Shown: positions 43,357 to 53,684, numbered from the stretch's first letter. The stretch is 64,000 nt of DNA from Vicinamibacterales bacterium (GCA_035538015.1 DATLLC010000042.1:6450-70449); one strand, 5' to 3'. The notes: generated by a model from the letters alone, not told the origin. Made by a program: numbers and translations.

Positions 43357-43694
43357 ACCTCACGACCGACCGCTCCCACGACATCGCCATCGTCCGTATC
43401 GGCGAGACGCGCATCATGTATCCACTGCTGCAGGAGTTCTCCGCGGCGGTCACGGGCCTGCTGGCCAGCGGGGATCGTAAGGTGCTGATCGACCTGTCGA
43501 AAGTCCCTTATGTGGACTCGGCCACGATCGGCTGTCTCATGGATCTCTACCGGCAGACATCCGCCGCCGGCGGGGTGCTGCGCCTCGCCGGCGTGCAGAA
43601 GCGCGTCGAGACGATGCTGACCATGACCGGCGCGCACAATTTCCTGAAGATGTTTCCCGACGAGGCGACTGCCGTCCAGAGCTTCGGGGGTTAA
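43353..43694 (+). CDS. STAS-domain protein (anti-sigma-factor antagonist, SpoIIAA/RsbV-like)
   Basis: 113 aa. ...VLIDLSKVPYVDSATIGCLMDLYRQ...LRLAGVQKRVETMLTMTG is a typical STAS core with a DSA(T) phosphorylatable-site context. The ATG overlaps the sigma TGA (ATGA). Confidence 0.85.
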   Translation: MNLTTDRSHDIAIVRIGETRIMYPLLQEFSAAVTGLLASGDRKVLIDLSKVPYVDSATIGCLMDLYRQTSAAGGVLRLAGVQKRVETMLTMTGAHNFLKMFPDEATAVQSFGG

Positions 43695-43696
43695 CC

Positions 43697-43966
43697 ATGC
43701 GCAGTATCAAGACCACCACCGGGAAGGAGATCGGGCTCGACGGCGACCTGCTCGCCATCCTCGAGGCGCTCTTCCACGAAGTCACGGCCAAGGTGCTCGA
43801 AGGCGGCACCTACGAGGACATGAACCGCGAGATCAACTACCTCGTCTCGCAGATGGGCGATGATGACCTGCGGGCGTACCTCGCGGAAAGCCTGTTCCTC
43901 AACCAGGTGAAGTACGAAAACGATCGCCTCGAGCAGTACATGAAGAAGAAGTTGCACCAGAAATAG
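43697..43966 (+). CDS. Hypothetical small acidic helical protein (89 aa), no family recognised
   Basis: It starts 2 nt after the STAS stop and ends 33 nt before the radical-SAM ATG. GC-rich third positions. No Cys and no TM helix. Predicted all-helical from composition. Confidence 0.65.
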   Translation: MRSIKTTTGKEIGLDGDLLAILEALFHEVTAKVLEGGTYEDMNREINYLVSQMGDDDLRAYLAESLFLNQVKYENDRLEQYMKKKLHQK

Positions 43967-43999
43967 GTCGACGGCCGGTTGCCGACTGCCCGGTACACG

Positions 44000-45364
44000 A
44001 TGTCCGAGAACTATCTCGCCACCCGCTACACCTGTTCCTGGCCTCACTCCATCGCGGTCATGCTCTGCGACGGCCGCATCGTCTGTGGTTGCGCGGACCC
44101 GTACGCGCAGCGGGTGCTCGGCGACGTGCGGACCACGTCGATCGCCGACGTCTGGCAGGGACCGACCGCGCGGCAGCTCCGCGTCGACCTGAATGCCGGC
44201 GGATCGTCCTTCTGCGGCGATTGTCCACTGAAGCTGCCGCTCGGGCCCGGGGACGCGATTCCCCAGCGCGACGTGAACGTCGGTCCGCTGCCCAGCCGGC
44301 TTTACATCGAGTGCACCGCCGCCTGCAACATCTCGTGCTTCCAAGCGTGCTGCGCGCCGGAGACCGGCATCACGAGGACGCGCCAGGCGGGGATGCTCGA
44401 CTGGGATCTGTTCACGCGGGCCGTGGACGAGGCCGGTGGCTCGCTCGTCCGCATCGACTTCTTCAATTACGGCGAGGCGTTCCTGCACAAGCGGGCGGTC
44501 GAGATGTGCGAGTACATCAAGTCGAGGTTCCCGCACATCTACCTGTACACCAGCACGAACGGACTGGCGCTCACCGAGGAGAAGGCGCGGCGGCTCGTCC
44601 ATTCCGGCATCGACGAGGTCACCTTCTCGATCGACGGCGCGTCACAGGACGCCTACGTGAAGTACCGCCAGCGAGGGAACTTCGACAAGGCGCTGGCGAA
44701 CCTGCGGGCCATGGCCGACGAGAAGCGCAAGAGCGGGCGCGACGTGCCGCACCTGAACTGGCGCTACATCCTGTTCAACTGGAACGATGCGGACGAGGAG
44801 ATGAACAAGGCGCGCGAGATCGCTGCCGAGGTCGGCGTCGATCGGCTCTGCTGGGAGATTACCGATCACCCGGAAGACTCTTACTCACGCCGCTTCGCCC
44901 CGGGCACGCCGGACTACGAGCGGATCCGTCACGAAATCTGGGACATGAGCGGGCTCGGCAACGCGATTCCCGGAACCACCCCACGGGCGCAGATCGACGT
45001 CCGCGCGCTGATTCCAGGCTTCCCGCTTCGCGCCAGAGCGACGCAGCCGGTGAGGGTCAAGACCCGCGTGAAGAACCTCTCGGGCCGCCCGTTCCGGGCC
45101 CAGGCGAGCTACGGCCGACGCCTGGTCCGCCTCGGGGCGCAGTTGATGGGCGAGGACGGCACGATAATCGACCGGGATTACGCCCGGGCCTGGCTGCCTG
45201 GGGATATTGCTCCTGGCGGCGTGGCGGAGGTCGTGATGGAAGTGCTCGCCCCCGAGAAACCGGGGCGCTACGCGCTGAAGTTCGACCTTGTCAGCGAAGG
45301 CATCGACTGGTTCGAGAAATGCGGTTCTCAGACCACCACCAAGACACTCGTGGTCCGCGCGTAG
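44000..45364 (+). CDS. Radical SAM-fold enzyme with N-terminal Cys-rich (SPASM/twitch-like) domain and C-terminal Ig-like domain
   Basis: Core motifs: CTAACNISCFQACC cluster, NYGEAFL (GGE-like), TSTNGLAL and FSIDGASQDAYVKYRQRGNFDKA. N-terminus: CDGRIVCGC...LGDV..SIADVW...CGDCPLK. The C-terminus (RYALKFDLVSEGIDWFE) resembles NBR1/CARDB-like Ig domains. A TTG at 43979 is an alternative start. Confidence 0.8.
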   Translation: MSENYLATRYTCSWPHSIAVMLCDGRIVCGCADPYAQRVLGDVRTTSIADVWQGPTARQLRVDLNAGGSSFCGDCPLKLPLGPGDAIPQRDVNVGPLPSRLYIECTAACNISCFQACCAPETGITRTRQAGMLDWDLFTRAVDEAGGSLVRIDFFNYGEAFLHKRAVEMCEYIKSRFPHIYLYTSTNGLALTEEKARRLVHSGIDEVTFSIDGASQDAYVKYRQRGNFDKALANLRAMADEKRKSGRDVPHLNWRYILFNWNDADEEMNKAREIAAEVGVDRLCWEITDHPEDSYSRRFAPGTPDYERIRHEIWDMSGLGNAIPGTTPRAQIDVRALIPGFPLRARATQPVRVKTRVKNLSGRPFRAQASYGRRLVRLGAQLMGEDGTIIDRDYARAWLPGDIAPGGVAEVVMEVLAPEKPGRYALKFDLVSEGIDWFEKCGSQTTTKTLVVRA

Positions 45365-45380
45365 GGTGGCAGGGGGGACT

Positions 45381-45450
45381 ATTGATGATTGATGATTGGC
45401 GATTGATGATTGATTGGCGATTGGGCGATTGCGCCATTGCATTCAATTGC
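45381..45450. repeat. Degenerate tandem heptamer array, unit NNGATTG (about 9 units), one orientation only
   Basis: Read directly: attg atgattg atgattg gcgattg atgattg attg gcgattg ggcgattg cgccattg... It begins 17 nt after the radical-SAM stop codon. Confidence 0.8.
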
Positions 45451-45464
45451 GCGGACGCGGGCGC

Positions 45465-45748
45465 TCAGGGTTCGCGCGACGCCGTATAGGCGGCGTTCGC
45501 GACCATTGTCGTCGACCGTCAGTCGCTCCACCGCCGCCTGCATGAGCGCCGCCCAGGCGCCCTTCCTGTTACCTGCCTGGAAGTCGAACAGCTGCCGCAC
45601 CGTGTAGCTCGGTGAGCGCCGGCCAGCGGCCGCACGGGCCCGAGGCCTTTCAGGTCCGGCTCCGCGGCCGGCGGCGGCGGGTCGGTCTGCGCCCCAAGTG
45701 CACTCCCGCCGCCGCGATCAACACGCTCGCAACCACACGAATGCTCAT
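45465..45748 (-). pseudogene. Possible frameshifted remnant of a small secreted class-I cytochrome c-like gene (no CXXCH left)
   Basis: AGGAG-N7-ATG at 45748 opens MSIRVVASVLIAAAGVHLG (signal). The coding sense then continues in two other frames (AQTDPPPPAAEPDLKGLGPVRPLAGAH / YTVRQLFDFQAGNRKGAWAALMQAAVERLTVDD / MVANAAYTASREP*). Three 1-nt shifts are needed, two of them at homopolymer runs. Confidence 0.4.
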
Positions 45749-45822
45749 CTCCAGGCTCCTGATTCGGCATTCTACGGTCGAGACGACAACGGTCCGGACG
45801 CCGCGGCCGTCCAACCGAGGTC

Positions 45823-48297
45823 ATGAGTGCCCTGAGCGCCGCGCTCCGCCAGCTGCGTCAACACCCCGGCTTCGCCCTGATCACCGTGCTCGTGCTGGGC
45901 CTTGGCACGGGATCGGCCACCGCCGTCTTCACCGTGGTCGATGCCGTCGTCCTGCGACCCCTCCCCTACAAGGAGCCAGATCGGCTGGTGACGATCTGGG
46001 ACACCAACGCAGCGCAGGCGCTCGGCCACGATCGGATCTCGCCGGTCAACTTCATGGATCAGCGGGCGCTTCCGGTGTTCGAGGATGCCGCCGCCTGGTG
46101 GCGCCCGGGTGTGAACCTGACCGATCCAGGCCGGGACCCGATGCGCGTGACGACGATCGAGGCGAGCGGGAACCTCTTCGACGTGCTCGGCATTCGCCCG
46201 CAGCTCGGCGACGGCTTCCCGGCGGGAGGGCCGCTGTTCGCCCGCGGCGAGCCGCTGGCCGTCATCAGCGACCGTCTCTGGCGGGAGCGGTTCGGCGGCG
46301 ACCGGGGCATCCTGGGCCGGCCGATTCTGCTGAACGGCTCTGCCTACCTGGTCGCGGGCGTCATGCCGGCGGGCTTTCATTATCCAGACGACGTGGATGT
46401 GTGGCAGCGACTGCAGTGGGACATGACGCAGCACAGCCGGCAGGCCCACTTCATGGAAGCGGTCGCGAGGCTCAAGGCTGGCGTGACCACCGAGCAGGCC
46501 CAGAGCGCCGTGGATGCGCTGTGGATACGGCTCGAACAGGATTTTGGCCAGACCCGCAACAGCCCCGGCAAGGGCTGGGGCTCGCGGCTGGTGCCCCTCC
46601 TGGACGAACAGCTCGGCTACTATCGCCCGGCCTTGATGGTGCTGTTCGGCGCGGTGGGCCTGCTCCTCACCATCGCCGTCCTCAACGTCGCCTCTCTGCT
46701 CCTCACCCGCTCGCTCGCGCGCGAGCGCGAAATCGCCGTGCGTGTGGCCCTTGGGGCCTCGCCTCGACAGTTGATCCGGCAGTTGATGGCCGAGAGCCTC
46801 GTCCTCTCGGTCGCGGGCGCCATCGTCGGGACGGCCGCGGCCGTCGCCGCCCTGCCCCTCATCCTCGCCGTCATGCCGGTCGAGATCCCACGACTCCAGG
46901 AGGCGAGCGTGAATGCGCGTGCGCTGGCGCTCGGCCTGCTGGTGGTCGGTGTGACGACCGTCGTCTTCGGGCTGGTCCCGGCGCTGCTGCTGCTCAAGCG
47001 GCAGGTCGCCGTTGATCTCAAGTCTGGTGAGCGCGGCAGCTCACGCGGTGCGCGCCGGTTGTACTCCGTGCTGGTGACGGCCGAGGTCGCGCTCGCGTGC
47101 GCGCTCCTGGTGAGCTCGGCTCTGCTGGTGCGCACCGTTCAGCAGATGGTGCGAACACCGGTCGGCGTGAACGCGGACGATGTGCTGATGACGACCGTGC
47201 AGCTCATGCTCCCCGCGGCGCCACGCGGCACGTCAATCCGCGACCAGTGGCTGCCGGTCGCCGAGACCCACGCGCAGATCGTGGAGGCCATTCGCCGTCA
47301 GCCCGGGGTCATCGCTGCGGGCGCGAGCAATTTCCTACCGCTCGAGATCGGCTGGCGGCAGCCGTTCGTGCTCGACGGACAGCCCTGGCCTACTCCCATC
47401 GATGATGCGCCGCAGGTGCAGATGCAGAGCGTCAGCGACGGCTACCTGGAGACAATGGGCGCCGCACTGGTAGAAGGGCGCCTGTTCACGCCCTTCGACA
47501 ACGCCGGCACCGCCGGGGTGATCGTCGTCAACGAGACCTTCGCCAGACAGCACCTGCCAGAGGGGCGTGCCGTGGGGACCGTCGTGCGTCTGCACACGAG
47601 CAGCATCGGGCCGCTCGGCGTCAACCTGAAGGCGTCGGCCACTCACGAGCCGGCCGGGCAGGCCTTCGAGGTGATTGGCGTGGTGCGGGATGTTCGCAAC
47701 GTCCCGCTCGGCCAACGCACCGAGCCGGCGTTCTTCACGACCACGCGCCAGTACCCGTTTTCAGAGGTGTTCCTGGCGGTCCGGGCCACGGACTCGGCGA
47801 CGGCGCTCTCGGCGATTCGGGACGGCCTCCGGTCGGTGGCCCCACAGGTACCGATGGCGGCAGCTCGGACTTGGGGAGACCGCTTTGCGTCGCGGACTGC
47901 CGAACCTCGGTTGCTGATGGTGCTGCTGTTGTTCTTCGGCGCGGTTGCGGCGGCGCTCGCCGCCCTTGGCGTCTACGGGTTGTTCTCGTGGGCCGTGGCC
48001 CAACGAACGCGGGAACTGGCCATCCGCCTTACGCTGGGCGCCCGGCCCCTGCGCGTCGGCGGGGCGGTGCTGGCGCAAAGCGTGCTGCTCATCGGGGCGG
48101 GCCTGGCCGTCGGGTTGGTCGTCGTACGCCTGTCGGAGGCCGCCCTCGCACGGGTGTTGTACGAGGTGTCTCCGTCCGACGCCGGGTCGATCGTGATGGC
48201 CGCGGGCGTGCTGATTGCTGCCGCGATCGGCGCATGCCTGCCGCCGGCCGTGAAGGCCATGCACGTCAACCCGGTGGACGGGTTACGGGCTGACTAG
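45823..48297 (+). CDS. ADOP family duplicated FtsX/MacB-type permease (two MacB_PCD + FtsX modules, no ATPase partner nearby)
   Basis: 824 aa. The N-terminus LRQLRQHPGFALITVLVLGLGTGSATAVFTVVDAVVLRPLPYKEPDRLV is the hallmark of the acidobacterial duplicated orphan permease family. There are two four-helix FtsX modules. Confidence 0.92.
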   Translation: MSALSAALRQLRQHPGFALITVLVLGLGTGSATAVFTVVDAVVLRPLPYKEPDRLVTIWDTNAAQALGHDRISPVNFMDQRALPVFEDAAAWWRPGVNLTDPGRDPMRVTTIEASGNLFDVLGIRPQLGDGFPAGGPLFARGEPLAVISDRLWRERFGGDRGILGRPILLNGSAYLVAGVMPAGFHYPDDVDVWQRLQWDMTQHSRQAHFMEAVARLKAGVTTEQAQSAVDALWIRLEQDFGQTRNSPGKGWGSRLVPLLDEQLGYYRPALMVLFGAVGLLLTIAVLNVASLLLTRSLAREREIAVRVALGASPRQLIRQLMAESLVLSVAGAIVGTAAAVAALPLILAVMPVEIPRLQEASVNARALALGLLVVGVTTVVFGLVPALLLLKRQVAVDLKSGERGSSRGARRLYSVLVTAEVALACALLVSSALLVRTVQQMVRTPVGVNADDVLMTTVQLMLPAAPRGTSIRDQWLPVAETHAQIVEAIRRQPGVIAAGASNFLPLEIGWRQPFVLDGQPWPTPIDDAPQVQMQSVSDGYLETMGAALVEGRLFTPFDNAGTAGVIVVNETFARQHLPEGRAVGTVVRLHTSSIGPLGVNLKASATHEPAGQAFEVIGVVRDVRNVPLGQRTEPAFFTTTRQYPFSEVFLAVRATDSATALSAIRDGLRSVAPQVPMAAARTWGDRFASRTAEPRLLMVLLLFFGAVAAALAALGVYGLFSWAVAQRTRELAIRLTLGARPLRVGGAVLAQSVLLIGAGLAVGLVVVRLSEAALARVLYEVSPSDAGSIVMAAGVLIAAAIGACLPPAVKAMHVNPVDGLRAD

Positions 48298-48308
48298 GTG
48301 AATGGCCT

Positions 48309-48487
48309 CCATTGGTGATTGATGATTGGTGATTGACGATTCATTGAATGATTGGGCGATTGAACCATCGGGCCATTCGTGATTGGCGCCGCCACCCGCC
48401 CAATCGCTCAATCGAATGAAGCATTGCGCCGATCGTCAATCAGCCGATGAATCGCCAGATCATCAATCGCCAATCGTCAATGGTCAA
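48309..48487. repeat. Imperfect palindrome (about 180 bp) built from NNGATTG heptamers (left arm) and CAATCNN heptamers (right arm)
   Basis: Read directly. The arms align in heptad register (GATTG cores pair, variable dinucleotides mostly do not). The element fills the whole spacer between the convergent ADOP and asparaginase genes. Confidence 0.8.
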
Positions 48488-48497
48488 GCGCGCGGGC

Positions 48498-49562
48498 TCA
48501 GTAGGTGTCGAAGGCGCGCTGGAGACCCTGGCGGTCTTTCGTCCTGGTGAGGGCCAGCATCAGGAGCACGCGCGCCTTGTTCGGCGACAGGTCGCGCGCG
48601 AGAACGGCACCCAGGCCCTCGGTGGGATCGCCGACGATCCGACCACCCGGCACGTGCGAGGCGACAACGGCCGCGACGCTCGCATCGACCGCACGCTGAA
48701 CGGCGGCACGTCCTCCCGGACTGAGACGGCCACCGGCAAAGGCGGCAAACACCACACCAGCCGGCTTCGACGTGAGCACGCCGTCCATCAAGGCCGGATT
48801 GAAACCCGGATAGTCGTAGAGCATCGCCACCTCTGGCAGCCTGTCGGCCCTGGAAACGTCGAACTCGCTTGCCGTGGTGTGTGCCCGAAGGGGTGCGCGA
48901 TAGAAGGTCACTCCGTCCGGATCCACGAACCCGAGAAACCCTAATTCGGGCGAGCGGAAGGTCTCCACCCGGCGGTTGTCGGTCTTCCACACGTCACGGG
49001 CGGCGGCGATGTGCTCGTTCAGCGCGACGAGCACCCCCTTGCCGACCGCTTCGTCCGACACCGCCACCCGTACGGCATTCAGCAAGTTAGCCGGGCCATC
49101 GGCCGAGATCTCGTTGGCCGATCGCATCGATCCGGTGAGAACCACGGGGCGACGATCTCGGACGGTGAGGTTCAGGAAGTAGGCCGTGTCCTCGAGCGTG
49201 TCGGTGCCGTGGGTGATGACGATGCCGCGCAAGCCGGGATCCGCGGCGAAGCGCTGGTTGACGCGGCCGGCCAGGGTCAGCCAGTGCGCGGGGGTGATCT
49301 GCGACGACCCGACCCGGCTCACCTCTTCGACGCTCACGGCCGCATGCTCGTTCAACTGCGGCACGGCCGCGACGAGCGACGACCCGTCCTGCATCGAGGC
49401 GCCAAGCCGGCTGGCAATGGTGCCGCCGGTGGTGAGGATGATGATGCGCGGGCGAGCCGGCGCCTGAGCGCGTGCCGACACAGTGAGTCCGACGAGCCCG
49501 GTGCTGAGCATCACCACGATGCCGATCAGCACAAGCCCGTCCCGTCCAGGACGCGCGATCAT
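48498..49562 (-). CDS. ansB: Secreted type II L-asparaginase
   Basis: N-terminal signal/anchor, then IIILTTGGTIAS (catalytic Thr motif) and HGTDTLEDTAYFL. The ATG overlaps the upstream gene's TGA (ATGA). Confidence 0.93.
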   Translation of the reverse strand: MIARPGRDGLVLIGIVVMLSTGLVGLTVSARAQAPARPRIIILTTGGTIASRLGASMQDGSSLVAAVPQLNEHAAVSVEEVSRVGSSQITPAHWLTLAGRVNQRFAADPGLRGIVITHGTDTLEDTAYFLNLTVRDRRPVVLTGSMRSANEISADGPANLLNAVRVAVSDEAVGKGVLVALNEHIAAARDVWKTDNRRVETFRSPELGFLGFVDPDGVTFYRAPLRAHTTASEFDVSRADRLPEVAMLYDYPGFNPALMDGVLTSKPAGVVFAAFAGGRLSPGGRAAVQRAVDASVAAVVASHVPGGRIVGDPTEGLGAVLARDLSPNKARVLLMLALTRTKDRQGLQRAFDTY

Positions 49563-50887
49563 TGGCCGGCGACCCCACGCGACGTATTGGCGAGCGCCGC
49601 CGGCAGGTCGGTCACCGTGTCACGCAGGATCTCGGCGATCGCGCGTCGATCTGCTAGGGACAGGTGGGCGGATACGGTCGCCGACGGGGGGCTGTCCAGG
49701 ATAGCAAACACGCGACGGTACACCGCTTGACGGACTTCGGTCGGCAGGCCGGTGAAGGCCTCGGAGTAGAGCAGGTAGCTGCACGAGTACTTGAGCAGCC
49801 GCCGGGTCAGCTCCATCTGCGCACATGAGCGGCCACGGCGGTCAGCGGGCGCCCTTGCCGCCAGCGCCTCGGCAAAACCGGCCCGCGGCGTCACCTCGAA
49901 GGCGAGTGGCGCCTCGCCCACGAACAGCACGTACTCGGCGAGGTCGTTGACCTGCTCCTGCACCGATGCGGCGTCGGCCAGTGGACGCGACTCTGCGGCC
50001 GCGATCCGGGCCTCCCAGTTCAACCGGGTGATCAGGTTCAGGCCGTGCGCCTGATGGTCGAACGTCATCAGGGCGGCAAGATCACTCTCGGTGCTCAGAT
50101 ACCGGCCGTCGGGGGTGCGGTTCAGCCACTCGATGAAGACATGGTCCGAAAGAATCGTGGGACCCGACGTCGGATGGGTCGTGACGGTGATGTTGCCCAG
50201 GTGGCCCAGCGGCCCGTACGGCGGCGCGGTCGCTCTGCCGGTCACGAACCAGCCGCCCCATCGTTCGGTGTGCGGAGTCCGGTGGTTCACCGTGACGGTG
50301 CCCAGGCTCGGCATGAGCTGACCGTCGCCGCCCACCATGTTGCTGCGGTCGATGAAACCCGGGATCTCGAGCGTCGACGTGGAGAGATGGCAGGTCAGGC
50401 AGTTCGTCCGCCGCACGAAGGTGGGCGGCATCGGAGCGCGCTGGTCGAGCGTGTAGAACATCACCCCCTGCTGCGGATCGTGTGACGCGATCTCCAGCGA
50501 GGTTGCGCCCGGGATGTAGCCGACAACGACCGACCCGTTGAAATACAAGGCGCGGGGGTTGGCCGGCCCGGTGTGCTCACGCTGCAGGCCGGTCTTGGAA
50601 AACACCAGCAACTGCGACGCGATCGGAATGTCGAGGGCCTTCAGGACCGGCTCCAGGTAACCGGTGCCCACCTCCGGCATCAGGACCAGGCCGCCGGTGG
50701 CGATCCGCTCGTTGACCCCGGCCACCCGGTCCACGGGCGGGCGCTCGGCGTAGCGGATGGCGGGATGCTCGTCGAGCGTGCCCGCGAACGGCACTCGCGA
50801 CTGCCCAATCAGGGAGGCGGACGCCACCAGGGCCAGGCCGAGCGCGGCGCCGCCGAGCCAGATCGGCCGCCGCCCCAGAGAAGTCAT
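49559..50887 (-). CDS. Hypothetical secreted protein with a single CXXCH haem-binding motif
   Basis: 442 aa. Signal MTSLGRRPIWLGGAALGLALVASA. One CLTCH motif. No family recognised. Confidence 0.65.
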   Translation of the reverse strand: MTSLGRRPIWLGGAALGLALVASASLIGQSRVPFAGTLDEHPAIRYAERPPVDRVAGVNERIATGGLVLMPEVGTGYLEPVLKALDIPIASQLLVFSKTGLQREHTGPANPRALYFNGSVVVGYIPGATSLEIASHDPQQGVMFYTLDQRAPMPPTFVRRTNCLTCHLSTSTLEIPGFIDRSNMVGGDGQLMPSLGTVTVNHRTPHTERWGGWFVTGRATAPPYGPLGHLGNITVTTHPTSGPTILSDHVFIEWLNRTPDGRYLSTESDLAALMTFDHQAHGLNLITRLNWEARIAAAESRPLADAASVQEQVNDLAEYVLFVGEAPLAFEVTPRAGFAEALAARAPADRRGRSCAQMELTRRLLKYSCSYLLYSEAFTGLPTEVRQAVYRRVFAILDSPPSATVSAHLSLADRRAIAEILRDTVTDLPAALANTSRGVAGQ

Positions 50888-50899
50888 GCCGCGATCTTA

Positions 50900-53647
<2,748 letters not shown>

Positions 53648-53684
53648 GTCGCCTCCTTGGGCGATTCAGTATACGCTTCGGCGC

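Noticed and set aside
45379-45600. 73-aa minus-strand ORF ending in ...SPINHQSPIINHQ; also 55033..55260 (75 aa) across the GATC array
   Set aside because: The C-terminal peptide repeats are simply the translated heptamer DNA repeats. The N-terminal part of 45379..45600 is better explained as one frame of the frameshifted cytochrome-like remnant.
45612-47015. 467-aa plus-strand ORF overlapping the ADOP gene
   Set aside because: It is out of frame with the well-supported ADOP permease (45823..48297) and has an Arg/Pro/Gly-rich composition.
48309-48487. Considered whether the short-period arrays (here, 45381-45450, 55128-55322, 60391-60440, 2415-2479) are CRISPR arrays
   Set aside because: The units are 7-10 bp with no unique spacers. 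The arrays are palindromic or degenerate, and no cas genes are present. They do not fit CRISPR architecture.
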